A stretch of 64,000 bases of DNA from Vicugna vicugna (taxonomy: Eukaryota). The notes beneath the pieces were generated by a model. The model saw only the letters and a list, made by a program, of their open reading frames with translations. It was not told where the DNA came from and did no database searches. This document shows, in pieces, positions 49,271-62,960 of this stretch; the first letter of the stretch is position 1; each line of letters opens with the position of its first letter. The stretch is taken from the NCBI GenBank assembly GCA_013265495.1, contig MU058669.1:1373880-1437879 (forward strand), given 5' to 3'. The translations under genes were made by a program, and so were the position numbers.

Positions 49271-50711
49271 TTCACTTCGATTTTCCTGTTACAAATTCTT
49301 GCTTTTTGCCAAACTTATTTCGGAAAAATTCAAATATACAGAGAAGTATCCCACATAATATTAAAGTAAATGCCCATGTACCCATCCACCCAGCTTCGTC
49401 AGTTATTAACTTAGAACCAGTCTTGTTTCATTTATTTCCGTTCATTCATGCACCCCACTGCTTTGTGAGTGAGGGATAAAAATATCTTCTATTCATCAAA
49501 GGGGAACCATTTATATCATAGCAACATTTTGATGAATTTTTTTCACAGTTGGATTTCTGAGAATTAAATGCTTCTATAGTTCTTCAAAACATCTGAAAAT
49601 CTACTATCATATTAGTTCAGCAGTTTGAGTTCTTGCTGTATGTCAGAAAGAGTACTAGACTTTGGTGATACAACAGTGACAAAGAAAAAAAAATTGGTGC
49701 TCAAATAAGTAGCTAGTAGAATCAATAAGTAAGTATAGTAATGTGTGATGAAAATAATAATGAAGTTACATGGGATTATAAAATAGGAACATCTAAGTGT
49801 GTTTTAGAGGATCCAGAAAGGTGTTAGGACAGATGTCTGAACAGGGACGAGAAGGAAACAAGACTGACAGGCGCGGAGGTAGGGGTGGAGCAGAGTTAAT
49901 GAGCCCCTGGGAGGGAGAAGCTATGTGGGCATCTGTGGGTAGGGAGATGTGTCTTGCTCCCAGGAGTGCAGGGTTGAATATTAGAGGGAAAGTTACAAGA
50001 GCTAAGACCAGAAAAGTGAGCAGGGACTTTGGATTGTATCTGAAGCTTACGGGGGAGTCTTTAGAGAGTTTTATTCAGGGAGCTGACAATATGCATCAGA
50101 AAATGTGTGATTCTAGCCTAATAGTGAGGGAGGCTGCTATGAGAGATTAATCACTAAAGACATCAGACAATTAGTCATACCCATGCCTGGACCTCTAGCC
50201 TTCTGACTTGTGATCCAAGGCATTGTGTATTCGTCTGTTTTTATTGTTTTATTTTTTTCATTTAAATTTTTAATCAGAGAAAGCTACCCGCAATTCCCTC
50301 AGTTGCAATCATCTTGCCTGGGTTATTAACCTCTGGTTTAATAGGACAGAAAGCTGAGGAGTAAGACTCCTGAGTCTCGTTTCCTCAGCAGTGATCACTG
50401 GAGAACTGTTCAAACCATGGATAATCTCCTGGTTGGTCTGCACTGCTCTTTTCCACGTGCCTTTATGCCTACTGTCTACACCCTGAAATTAAAACACTAT
50501 AGGACTACACTCACAGATTGGGGTCCAGTGAAGTTGTACTGGGTGGAGAAGGTTGGATGTGACCTGGGGGAACGAAGAGGACTTACAGGCGTAGGATAGG
50601 CAATCGGACTCCACGGGTTTGGGGAATTCAGAGATCTTTCCTGCTAGAGTTCTAGGTTGGAGCAAATGAGAAGGGGGGGTATGGGCTGTTTTTCTTGGTG
50701 CTGCTGTAGAG

Positions 50712-50935
50712 CAGGGGTTAGGAAACTGCAGTCCATGGATCCAGTTTAGCTTGCTGCCTGCCTTTGTAAATAAAGTTTTATTGAAACACAGCCCTTCTCA
50801 TTTATTTACACATTGCCTGTGGCGGCTTTTATACCACAGAAGCAGAGTTGAGTAGGTGCAGCAGAGAGAATATGGCCTGCAAAGCTTTAATTACTTACTC
50901 TCCGGTCTTTTACAGGAAGAGTTGGCCATCCTGTG
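50712..50935 (+). mobile_element. MER58A (hAT-Charlie), full length
   Basis: caggggttaggaaact start, tttgtaaataaagttttattgaaacacagcc, gcagagttgagtag; 8-bp flanks ctgtagag / ctccggag. Confidence 0.9.
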
Positions 50936-52257
50936 CTCCGGAGGGGAGAGCAGGGAAGGCGGGTCTTGGACTCGATTGTGCTCTGAAATCTGTGGAAAGG
51001 CTTCATATAGTTAGATCGGGAACTTTCCTTTCTGTGGGGCTGAGAGGTCCCTGGGGTCCAAGAAAGCTTTGCTTCACATGAGATGCTGCCCTTCAATTCA
51101 CTGAACCCCAGAGGGGCTTTGACTTGAAACTTCCTAATATAAGCTCCTTGGTGGTGGAAGGGCACTTCTTACCATCTGGGGACTGGTGAATTTCCACTCC
51201 TTTGTGGCCTTTGCTTTATGGCATTAGAGCGTTGAACAGAGCGTTCACTTCCAGCTGTGAGGCATCTGGCTCGGATCCCTCCTCTCCTCTTAGCTACAGT
51301 GTTCTTGATGTTCCTGCTGTGTGTTCTGAACCGAATTGGCATCTGTCTCCCCTCTGCAGTGCCCTTGCAGGCTTTGCCAGACCCGCCCTGGCCCACTCTG
51401 TCTTCCTGCTGACTCAGCAGGGTGGCCCGCTGGGTGCCTTCCTACCCCTGGGGAAGCAGCAGAGCTTGAGGTTCGACTACAAAGACTGAGAGCTGTACAC
51501 TGACTGGGTTTTGTGGATTCCCTTTTTGTAGTACCTCTTTTCAGCATCAATGTTACGCGTAGATGGAGGCCTGCCTGAAATGCTGCTTGAATCACTGAAA
51601 GATCTTCCCTGATCCAAAATATTTTATCTACTGGCCCTGCAGTGGTGCTTGAACTATTCCAATTTGGATATAGAAACCTGAGCCCTTATGAAAATGGTAA
51701 TGTTTCCCTCTGCAGGGTAACTCACCAGCCACTAGCTAAACAGGAATGCAGTGAATAGAGTAACTAAAGGAGAAATCTGAGTCTCCAGGTGAATAGGATT
51801 TGAAAGTCTGATTTGAGAAGGAGAGGGTAGAGGTGATGCTGTGGGCAGACAGGCCTAACTGGCACATTCAGGAGGAACTGTACAGATACTGGATACCAGG
51901 GAAGGAAGTGATGGAGGAAAGGGTGTGAAGGGTATTACAACATAGTGGTGATGGAATAGAGTCGGAAGAGGCCAACTTGTTGACCCAGTGAGATCTCTGA
52001 GGGACAGAGAGGGCCTGAGACTTCCCTGAGCTCCTGCAGGAAGTAATTAACAGGGTCTGTACCAGAATCTATGTCTGCTGATGCCTAGATCTGTCCTCTT
52101 TCCCAAAGTGTGCTCTGGGAAGTACTGCATCTACAAATATTAATAGAATTTTACATAGAGAAAAAGGCATAGTGTTTAAATAAATTCAACAAACATGGTT
52201 GGGAAAGGCCTGTCAGGGCAAAGTACTTCTCTAAAGTCTTGGGACGTGGGTTCCAGC

Positions 52258-52680
52258 CATTCAGTCAATAGATAATTTTTGAGAACCTGTCTTGAAAGGA
52301 TGTACCTATGGTAAATATTGTGCTAATGGCTGGTGGTGCAATCTTAACAAGAGAGAGATGGTCCTTATTCTCCTGATTTGCCATCCTGCTCCCCCACTAG
52401 AAGGTAGATACTGATCAAATAATCATACCGGTACATGGTGCTGTACTTACAAGCTGAGTGCTTGATGGGGAGGCTCTTCAGTTCTCTGGGAGCGTACGTC
52501 AGAGGGTCCTGTTGGGGCAGTGGTTCGGAGATGACGTCTGGGTTGAAAGATGTCTCCAGCTGGTGAATGAAGGGTAAGTGTAAGCTAACCAGGCAAAGTG
52601 CAGGACACACACACGGGCGGCATATGCATGTAGCAGAGAAAGCATAGTGCATTAGAGGGAAATGTTCTGGTTAGATGTTC
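52258..52680 (-). mobile_element. L2 LINE fragment
   Basis: cattcagtcaatagataatttttgag tail; ggagatgacgtctgggttgaaa; gaagggtaagt. Confidence 0.62.
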
Positions 52681-53799
52681 TGGTTTGGTCTGTCAGCAGG
52701 CAGAGGCCGGGGCAGAGGGACTCATCCTCTACACACAGGAGGTGCTGTGTATTTCTCCCACTGCGTCTTAAAACTATTATTCTCTAATAAAAATCGGGAA
52801 GTGCACATCAGGGGAACTAAAGGTGGAATTTAGTGAGTTAGCGCAGTTGTGAAAGATGAGCCTGAAAGATCGTGGGGGAGCCTTAAATGTGAATCTTAAT
52901 CCTTAAAGCAGTTGTTCTGCCCCTAACTCTCTGTGTGGCCTTGCCTGAGTCCCGTGTATCTTTTGGACCTCAGAATATTCTACCAAACTTGGACCAGATA
53001 ATCTTGTTTGCTTTTTGTAATTTTTTAAAACTCAAACAAGGGTATTTGGCTGTGAAGAAGGCTGTACCAGGCTGGTCCTGAAGGGCCGCTGAGTTACTTA
53101 CTGTGTTAACCCGAGACGATGAGTGTGTCAACATGGGGGCTGAGCGGTCCTGCCGGCCGGTAATGAGTTGTGACTTCACATAACGTGTTATTGCTGGTCC
53201 CCCCGCCCCCTGCCATGGACTCAGGAGCCTGAGGTCCTGGTGCTTCTCCATTCTAAATACAGCAACGCCCCTCCTGGCAGAGTTCCTTTTGCTGTGGGAG
53301 GAGGGGAAGTGGCAAACCCAGGCCCGTCTGGTGTGTGGGGAGCCGGAGCTCTGTTTCCCACCACTGCTTACCTCCCTTTCTTTTAAACCACCATTGACAA
53401 ACACACACTCTCACAAGGGGTGGGGGGGGCAACTTCCTGGGGCTGGCATTTTGCCTCAGACTTCCAGGAACGTGTGATGGCTATTTGACTACCTCCCGCC
53501 AGCTATCTCTGACTGTGTGGTGAGCGTATTTCACACATCAGACACAGGTAACTGAGGTGGTGGTACTTAGAGACATGATGCTGGAGTTCTTAGCAGAACG
53601 TGTGGCATAACCAGGGAACTTCTGGGCAGCAGAATTGAATGTAAATGGACTGAAATAATCTACCTGCGAGGAACTCCTTGAGAACTGAGAGATACCTGCT
53701 TAATGAACAAAGAGAGAGTTTACGCCTGGACTGCCCTGGACAAAGACCCCAAATGAAGACAGAGTGGGACCCAGGAGAGGGAAGAGGGCATTAGCGCCA

Positions 53800-54005
53800 T
53801 GGTAGAGAGAAGGCTTCAAGCCCCAACTTGTGATTTACAGGTTTTGCCTGGAGTGAGTTACTTAAATTCTCTGGGTCTTGATTTTCTCATTCTTTAAATG
53901 CAGGTTTTAAGAAAGTTGTAATATGAATTAAATGGGGAGATACATGTATGTACTTAGCGTAGTGTCAGGCATATAGTAAACATTTTAGTAATACTGATAA
54001 TAAAA
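53800..54005 (+). mobile_element. MIR SINE
   Basis: gagttacttaaattctctgggtcttgattttctcattctttaaatg ... cttagcgtagtgtcaggcatatagtaaac. Confidence 0.82.
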
Positions 54006-54050
54006 GTAAACAGTGACTGTCCTGTGGTCTTGAGTGCCTATTTCTGTTAC

Positions 54051-54678
54051 TTTTTAAAAATATTTTGCATTTTTCATACAACTTTCAAAAGTTACGCTCC
54101 ATTTACAATTACTGCAAAATATTTGCTGTATCCCCCTGCTGTACAGTGCATCCTTGTAGTCTGTCTTACACCCAGCAAGTTGAGCCTCTGACTCCCCCAC
54201 CCCTAAATTGTCCCTCACCCCTCCCCAGTTGGAATGACTAGTTTGTCCTTGGTATCTGAGCCTGCTTCTTTTTTGTTATATTCACTAGTTTGTTACATGT
54301 TTTAGATTCCACATATAAGTGGTAACATAGAGTATTTGTCTTTATCTGGCTCATTTTACTAAGCATAATGCTGTCTTAAGTCCATCCATGTTGGGCATAT
54401 GGCAAAATTTCATTCTATTTTATGGCTGAGTAGTAGTCTGTTGTATATAATAAATATATCACATCTTCTCTATCCATTCATCTATTTATGGACAGTTAGG
54501 TTGTTTCCATGTCTTGGCAATTGTAAATAATGCTGCTGTGAACATTGGGGTGCATGTATCTTTCCAAATTAGTGTTTTATTTTTTAAATGAATACTTGAG
54601 TGGAATTGCTGGGTCATGTGGTAGTTCTGCTTTTATTTTTTTTTGAGAAACCTTTGTACTGTTTTCCACAGCGGCTGC
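54051..54678 (-). mobile_element. 5'-truncated cetartiodactyl L1 3' region
   Basis: ttgttatattcactagtttgtt, tagattccacatataagt, tttatggctgagtagta, aataatgctgctgtgaacattggggtgcatgtatc. Confidence 0.92.
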
Positions 54679-55594
54679 TATTTATTCCTTTTTTTTTAAC
54701 AGTTATTTTTGGAGAAATAGATTGTTTTTCCAGAAAGTTCTTCTGTACAAGTTCCAACTGTGTCTCCTTTTTAAGCATGACTGACATCAGGGTCTCTCTT
54801 GCCAAGATACCGGTTCACTTTCAGAGAAAACCGTTAACATTAAGACGCCGTCCAGGGCCGAGGCAGCCCACATGTTTATTATGAATTTCCTCATCTGTGC
54901 GGAACATGAACTTACATCAGATGCCAGTGGTTTGTGAAACGATCTTTACAGAGAGCAGAAAAAGTGGATGAGCAGCAGTTGGAACCAGGTGGAGAGGCCT
55001 GAGCCGATCTCTCTTAAAGGGCATTGGAAGCCCTCTGGCAGCAGCTGCTTTCACAGACTTCCTGGGGCCGTTCTGGCAACAGTTTCAGTGGGTTTTGAAC
55101 TAATTACTCTTTAGCTCCAGAGGCCCATCATTCCTGCCCCTGGGTTGTGTGACCATTGGCCCAGCCAGACTGCGGGTCTGTGTGCCTGTCTTGTCATCAC
55201 TGCTTTAAACCCTGGGACCCCATAGGCAGCCTTGACCCTGAATCCTTCTCAGGGACAGTACTCCTGGTTGCTGTGGGTCCCGAGGCACCCAGTGTTCCCT
55301 GATGGGCACATGTTACATATGCTGATTCCCCAACGTTGATTCTTGATTCTATCTCTTCATGTTGTCTTCATGACCCAGCAGTAGAGAGAGGACCTGCTGA
55401 AGGGGATCAGTGTCTCCTCTGGTGTTTGTATAAAATGCAAAGCAGAGAAGTTATTCCAACTCAGTTAAGGTGGCCTCTGAGAGAAGGTGCTACTTGTTAC
55501 TAAAGGGGCTTTAGAAAGAACTTTTCATGGCAGGCTCTTCCCCGTTATTTAATCTTCCTGCATGATTTTCATTAATTCCCCTCGCCACCCCACC

Positions 55595-57890
55595 CTCTCG
55601 TTCATCCCACGATCCTTTGATGTTTACTTACCCTCGAGGCACCCTGTCTCTGTGCTGGGAATACAGTGACGCAGGTGGCGCTGCCTTGATGGCATTTACT
55701 ACCTAGGAAGGGGGCCAAACCAAATCATAAGAGTTTATAAAACTACATGTCCGATGGAGGAAACTGAAGGTGTTAGGAGAGTACCCAATACAGCGGAGGG
55801 TGATAGCTGCCCCGAGGAATGAAAGATGAGTAAACGTTACCTAGACGAGGAGGCGTTAGTGGGGTTTTTTTTGTTTTTTTTTGTTTTTTTTTGGTGAGAA
55901 AAGATGCAAGTGGATACTGAATCATGTTTGCAAGTTTGGTCTTTATTGTGAGAGCAACAGGGATCCATTGAAGGTTATTAAGCAGGAGGATGATATGATC
56001 AGAGACATTTTAGGATTATCAGTCTGGGTACAGTGAATAAGAGGGCACAAACCTGGAGAAAGGAATGCCGTTGTGGAAGCTCCTGCCGTAAACTAGAGAG
56101 CTGGGAGGATCTGAAGCGGAAGCCACGGGGAGTAGTGGTCGCTTGGGTGTAGGGGCCGGCCGGGTCGCACAGGGGAGGGCGGAGCATCACAGTTGACAGC
56201 CATGATTCTGGGCTGATCACCTGGGTGAGTGAGAGTGCTTTTTGAATAAAACGGGATCCTGGAGAAGAAGCAAGGTTTGAGAGGGAAAAGAAAGACTGAA
56301 GCCTTAGATGTGTTGAACTTGAAGTGCCTGCAAGACTTCCTGGTGCAGAGTCATCTTAGGCTACAAAAAAAGAGGGTATTTCCTAAGTAAAAGGAAGTGA
56401 TGAATCCCTGTCACTTTATGCTGACCCGGACATACACTAAACATGTCTCCCCCACTTTGTTTTCTTCAGGAAAACAAACATAGTATCTAATACTCGCCAA
56501 GTACTTTTTTAGGCATAAGGACATTATTATGATTAAGACATGGCTCTTCCCTTGAGAAGAATGCAGTTTGGTGATGGGAAAAAGAGGCCAGTATTTATAA
56601 TACATCGTAAGTATTCTGGCAGATGTATAAATTACAGTGTTAGAGAAAACACGGGCTATTCATCCATCCATCCATCCATCCATCCAACAGATATTTGAGT
56701 GCCTACTAGACCTTGCTCTAGGATACAGTAGCTATCAAAGAAGATAGGATTTCTACATTAAGGGAACCTAAAGTCTAGTAGAAGAAGAGAAAAAAAGAAT
56801 CAGTAACAAATATTAAGACTTTCAGGCAGTTGTATGTTCCGGATGGAGAAATAACCAAAGAAGGAATAGTGAAGTGTCCTAAGGATTGTTTTCTGTAGGG
56901 TGATCAGAAAAGGTTTTATTGATAAGAGAACGTTTGAGCGGTGAGCTAAGGTAAGTGAGGAAAGGATGCAAGGTCTAGGGGAACAGTTGTGCAGGTAGAA
57001 GGAAGGGCAAGCACACAGGCCCTGTGGCAGGAGTATGCTTGAGGAATAGGAGGGAGGCCTCTCTGGGTAGATCAGTGAGTGTGAACAAGAGTGACTTGTC
57101 CATGCTCTGAGCAGGGGTGGGGGGCAGCGGGAAGAGCAGCAGTGTCCAGGAGGGGAAGTCCGGAGTTTGAGTTTGGACATGTGAAATTGGAGCTCTCTCT
57201 TAAACATCTAAGAAAAATGAAATGGGGGCAGACAGATATGACTCTGGAGTTCATGTGATAGGTCCAGGCTGGAGATATACATGTGGGTGTTTGCAGCATA
57301 TAAATGCACGTAACATTTAAATGTTTAATATGACTGGAAGAGATCTCCCCCAGGCAGTGACCGTCAGTAGACGTCGAGGAGATGCAAAGTAACCAGCAAA
57401 GGAAAACTGAGACAGTTTGGTCAGAAATACCAGAGGAAAATCAAGAATGGTGACCTAAAAGTCCAGTGAAGGAAGAGAAAGGGCTTCAATGAGGCAGAAA
57501 TAATCAGCAGAGCCAGTGCTTCTGCTACTTCAAAAACTGACACACAGAGAAGGGAATTGCTAAAGAGTAGTGGAGGGTGGACTGGGTTGGTTCAAGGCTA
57601 AAGACTGGAAGAGGGAGAGAAAGGGCATGTGATGGAGCGAAGGGGTTGAACAGGCAGCCGTTGAGACAGGGTCGGCGGGACTGCACATGGCAGGAGTGGT
57701 TAAGGCATGCGGAGGAAGTGTGGAATGATGTCACAGATTCAGATCTGAATCACTCAAAGAATCAAATTGTGAGGCTGCTCACTAACACGAGGAACCCTGG
57801 AGGAGGAGCAGGTTTAGGGAGAGGAAGAAGGCACGTTTTTAGGACAAACTGACCTTGAAATTCATGGGATGCCCAAGTGGATGTGGGGAA
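55595..57890 (-). mobile_element. Multiple L2 fragments, including an L2a-like 3' end with a (CATC)n tail at about 56660-56685
   Basis: catccatccaacagatatttgagtgcctacta; ggagtttgagtttggacatgtgaaattg; gtccaggctggagatatacatgtggg; ggaggaggagcaggttt. Confidence 0.78.
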
Positions 57891-58964
57891 GTGGCTTATG
57901 AAGTTGAAGCACAGGAAACAGCCATAAGGAGTTTCACCTGCAGCTTGTGTTTTCACGTTTGTCCTGGTGTGCAGGCAAATGAGCACATGTTTAGAGGAAG
58001 GTGGCAGAAGAAGGCAGGATCTGGAAACCTTGTTATAAAAGGAAAATGTGGAGAACCTGGGTGTGAGCCACCTTGGGGTCGAAATGGGGTACATTAAAGG
58101 CCATTTGTGTGAGTTTGGGCGACAGTCTGGTCGGTGAGCTCTCTCTTGTGTAAAATATGTAGACCAGCAGCTACGAGGTCACGTGACAACCCAGGCGACT
58201 AGTAGATGGAGAAGGCATTCAAATGTATTTTACATGTTATATCGTCTCAGCAGCTTCTGCCATTACTGGTGCCACCACCACTACTACCATTACTGCACCT
58301 ACAAGGATGAAGTTTATTACCAATGAAAGCTCCTAGCCTGTGCCATAAATGAGGGAAAAATCAGCTTTTTAAGATTAGGTTTCTGAAAGGAACCCCTTCC
58401 TCTTCCTGCCATTAGAATCTATCCCTTCCTTCCCTGTCACTCTTACTAGTCTCTCATTTAAGCTTGAGGGAGACCGTTAATTCAGTGTATCCAACAAACT
58501 GTGTGCCTGTTTATTTAACTCAATCATTTGGGGAGGAAACAAGGCACTTTATAAGATTGCTTTAATAAGAACCCAGGGCTGAACTTCCAATTGCTTGTAT
58601 CATTCCTTGTCATAGATGGCACCTTTTAAGCCTCTGCTTTTGACAGACACCTGATTTTAGTTTGCTTAACTTTGCTAACAACTTTGCCTCCCTGATGGGT
58701 GCTGTCCTGCTGTGGCTGGAGGAGAAGACGCAGGTGATTTTTCAGCACTTAGTGGCCTGGCCTCCATCAGTGTCATTTGTCACCTGACCATAACCAGCCG
58801 GACCTGAACACCCTTAGCAGCTGCTCCGAGGACTGAGCATGAATGTCCTGCAGGGGAAAGCTGGAGGCTGGGCCAGTTCCTGTAGTAGTGATGGTGTGGC
58901 TCTCTTGCTCCTGTTCGTTAATTGATTCATTCGTTTGTTCAATGAACAAAGGTAACCAGCTAGC

Positions 58965-59170
58965 AACAGTGGGGATGAAACTGATGATCGCTAGCATTTA
59001 GCACCCGTGCCAGGCACTGTGCTAGAAGGTTTAAATATATCTTGTCACCTAAACTTCATAAGAATAATAGGGGTTGGAGTCATGCCTATTTTTGTCAGCT
59101 GAGAAAAATAAGGAGAAAATCAAGCCGTTTTCTCAGGTTACCCTAAAGGCTGGTGGATGTGAATTATAAA
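58965..59170 (-). mobile_element. MIR SINE
   Basis: gtgccaggcactgtgctagaaggtttaaatatat ... ctgagaaaaataagg. Confidence 0.65.
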
Positions 59171-59174
59171 CTAA

Positions 59175-60590
59175 GGTCTTTAAATATTTTTCTTCTTTTA
59201 AAATTTTTGTTTTTACAAAAACAGTAAAAGTGAACAATAGAGAATACAGAACTAAAATACGAAAATAAAATACCATAACCCTACCGTGCGGAGATCATCA
59301 TTTTCTTAGGCGCTGTATCCTTCTGCATCACTCCATCTTAGACAAGCACATAAGGAGATTTCCAACTGCTTCTAAATAACTGACCTCCGTGCTTTGACAC
59401 CTCAATGTAAAAACCTTCAGCTTAGTCATTGAATTCTATCCACTTACTACTTTACAGACAAGAGAGTGCTCGTGGGGGCAAAATCCTATAAATGTAGATC
59501 TTACCAAGGGAACTTGCCTTCCTTCAGAGTTGAATCCCCTTCTGCTCTGCCTCCTCGTGTGTGTGCTCTGGTGCTTTTAGTCACTCTCCGTGTGTTGTCC
59601 GGTGTTGGAAAATTGTTTGTAGATGTGCTAACACAGCACACCCTGCTCTGCCCTTCCTGGCGCCCCAACTACCTCATATTGTTTTAATTTGTGTTTCTCG
59701 TAGGACTGAGTTTGAATATCTATTTCACGTAAAGTCATTGTCTTTATTTTATGTGGACTCTTTGTTCATGTGATTTGTCTTTTTTTTTCTTATGTGTTCT
59801 TTGTCTTTTTCTCTTGTTTTCTGATTTTTCTTTGTATTTTACAGAGATTAACTTCGTGTCTGTGACATGAGTTAGAAGTATTTTCTCTCTTACTTTTTAA
59901 TTTTTATTTTATATCTTGGAAAAGCTTTGTTGTGATAGTTATTTGTAGTTATTTAATACCTTACAAGACCTATAATGAAAAATAATATAAAAAGGAATAT
60001 ATATATATGTATATATAAATGAATCACTATTGCTGTGTACCAGAAATTAACACAACACTATACATTGGCTATCCTTCAATAAAATATGAGATAAAATAAA
60101 TTATAAAAAATCTAACATAAAAAAAGAAATTATACGTTTTTTATACATGGATTCTATATTTTGAATCTCTGTTACAAAGGCTTTATCCACTCTGATTTTA
60201 AAGAAGTTTGCTCCATGTTTTCTTCACACAGATTCCTTTAGTCCCTTTACATTGTTGTCTTTAATCCACTGAAGATGTCCTTGGTGTGTTATGTGAAGTA
60301 AGGATCCAACTTTGTCTTTCCTTCTAGAAGGCAGCCGTCTTTCTTAGCCTCATTTAAGTGTACATCTTGAGCCCACTCATTAAAAATGCCTCCTTTAGCA
60401 TGTACTAAACTTCCATATGTTTGAGGGATATTTCTGGGTTTTTACACTCCATTCTATGGATAGTTCCATCTATTGATGTGTTAATATAGTTGGAACTAAA
60501 GAGTGTTTACCGTGGGTTTTAATATCTTGTCAGACTCTTCCCCCTTATGGCTCTTCTTTCCCAGAGCTTTTCCTGACAATTCTTGATGGT
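59175..60590 (-). mobile_element. Old L1 (L1ME-like) fragments
   Basis: tgttttaatttgtgtttct...gagtttgaatatctatttca; tctttaatccactgaaga...atgtgaagtaaggatccaactt; tactaaacttccatatg. Confidence 0.7.
59969..60128 (+). mobile_element. Very short camelid-type L1 3' tail with A-rich end, nested in the older L1
   Basis: cctataatgaaaaa...aaggaatatatatat...gaatcactattgctgtgtaccagaaattaacacaacact...cttcaataaaa. Confidence 0.82.
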
Positions 60591-61459
60591 CAGACTGCCT
60601 TTCTGCCACCAAATTCCACCCTCTCATCTACGGTTTTTTAATGGCAGGTACTCTGTCCATTCACGTGTTACCTTATTACAGAAGATCGTAGGCTTCTCTA
60701 TGCTGGTCCCTGTGTTAAGTACAAGAAAAGAAGGCAAAGAGTCCTCACTTGACTGAGCTTAGAGTAGAGCCTGGCAGCTTTAAAACTGTGGCGTATACAT
60801 GGAAGGCAGTACTGTGAGTGCTGACCTGTCTGCTTTTGGAAGAGCCATCAGATTTGAGAACCAGTGGGCTCTGAGGAAGACCGATAAACTGGAGCTTCCT
60901 GTCTGGTCATTCCCTTACTTCCTCTCAAATAGTGTCAAACTGGGAGGGGGCCTCAGAGATACCAACTCAATCTGCTTATTTAACTTATGGGGAAACAGAC
61001 CACAATATGATGTAATCTACTTAAAATTGAGTCACTGTTTTGTTGGGTCAGGATCTAAACATTTATTTTCAGTATTTTTTCTTCTCCATTAGACCAGGCT
61101 GAGACCTCATTGAAGACACCAGTATCTCATGACTGGAAGGCGTGAAATTAATTTAATTCATATGTAAACTTTGTTAAAGCATTCATTAGGCCAGGGTTGC
61201 TTTCACTCAATATTTTGAACGCTGCTCCTGAGTTTATTCATGAGCTCTTTGTTCATACATTTATTCATTTATTGATCAAACACATTTACTGAGCATTACA
61301 CACTCTGGTTGACATAGTGAAATAACAAATATCGAGTATGTATTCAAATGTTTTTTAATTAACTGTATGTGGAAGATCCATGCACATGAGATACTAATAA
61401 ATAATCTGTAATTTGGATAGAGGACAAGAGAAGTAATTCAAGGAAGGTTACAAGGCACT

Positions 61460-61610
61460 TAGATGCCACTTGAGTAGAAAAGGTTAGCTATCTTGATTGT
61501 GGCGGTGGTTTCATGGGTATATAAACATCTATCGAAATTCATCAAATTGTACATTTGAAATATGTGTACTTTACTGTACTGGAAGCATACCACAATAAAG
61601 GTGTTAAAAC
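61460..61610 (+). mobile_element. Old L1 (L1MC/MD-like) 3' terminus
   Basis: tatcttgattgtggcggtggtttcatgggtatata...tcatcaaattgtacattt...caataaag. Confidence 0.82.
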
Positions 61611-62719
61611 AAGGATAAACAGAGGTCCGTGTGGGCAGGGCGTAGTTAGAGAATGTGCTGTAGAGGAGGTGATTGATTTGTTTGGCTGCATAGGGAGGGG
61701 GAAGGGCATTTGATAGCAGCAAATATTACACGTACATATGAACCTCGCAATTATGAGAAGGAGCGAGAAACTTTCTCGCTTCATCTGCCCTTTAGCAGGC
61801 CTTTCCTTTCTCCTGTGTTCGTCCGCTTTACAACAACAGTTGTCTTTTCACACAGTGGGAATTCCTGGGTGGACAGCAGTCAGTGCGTACGCACTGCACA
61901 AACAGAAGAACCTCCCTAGAGAACGAGCATCGTTGAGGCATGTAGTGTTTGATGAAAAGTGAATTTTCCAGGTTACTGAAGCTTACTCTCTAACAGTCAA
62001 AACTGCCTTTTTAATTTTTTTTACCCATTTAGTATATAAACTGTACAATAAATTTGGGATTCATCTAAATTTTTATAAAATCTTTCTCACACAACTTTTC
62101 TGCTCCTCAAGACGAGAGTTAGGAGAAATGCATGTTATACTCTGTACAACAGACCAGCTCTGTTGGTACTTAAACTGAATTCTCAGTGGCAATCCAGATA
62201 AAGTTCTTTGGTCTTTTTAGTTTCCCTGCCTCCTCTCTCACTGTGTCTGGTTACATGTTCCAATGTTTCGGATATCTCTTTCCAACACTCTGCTTTCTCT
62301 TATAAATGTAACTTCCATGACCATTGCCTAGAGAAATGGGAAGTGGATTGGGGAAGGTTTGCAGTGCAGGGGAAAGGAGCTGGACTGGGAGTCATGAGAC
62401 CTGGGTTTCATGAACAGCGTGGCCAGCATATAGACTACAGAAACTTGGGAAACTTGCTTTCTTTCTCTCATTCCTGGGTTTGTCAGTTGAAAAAGGAGCC
62501 TGAAAGTGACAATGCATGGTTTTCAAACTCCTCAGGGGCCACGCGGAATAGGAACCTGCGGGCTCAATGAAGGCTCTTGGCCTTTCTGTTCTCCCCCACC
62601 TTATGTTAACCAGCCCATCTTAGGTTATCTTTCGTTTCTTAGATACTTTCATGCAAAGTGTTCCATAATGTTTTTTAGGATGAATGTCACTGCGTTGCAG
62701 TGGTAATGGCTGTGGGTCA

Positions 62720-62960
62720 TTCATGGGTTGAGAACCTCTGTGTTCCCTAGCCTGTCCCAGGCTTTTGTATGTGTCACCTCTAATTTTTACAAATTCTTAA
62801 AAGATGGTAAAGTACTTCCATCCTCACTTTACATTTGAGAAAACTGAGCCTCAGGGTATTTAAGAAACTTTTCTAATACCAGACAGCCAATAAATGATAG
62901 GAATATAATTTTAGCTCCATCCTACAAGACTCAAGAGCCAGAGAAAGTTCCACTTTGCCT
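62720..62960 (-). mobile_element. MIR SINE
   Basis: atcctcactttacatttgagaaaactgagcctcagggtatttaagaaac. Confidence 0.78.

Noticed and set aside
52970..53404. 144-aa minus-strand ORF
   Set aside because: No recognisable domain or splice context; expected by chance in a GC-richer patch
56800..57207. 135-aa minus-strand ORF
   Set aside because: Lies within decayed L2 sequence
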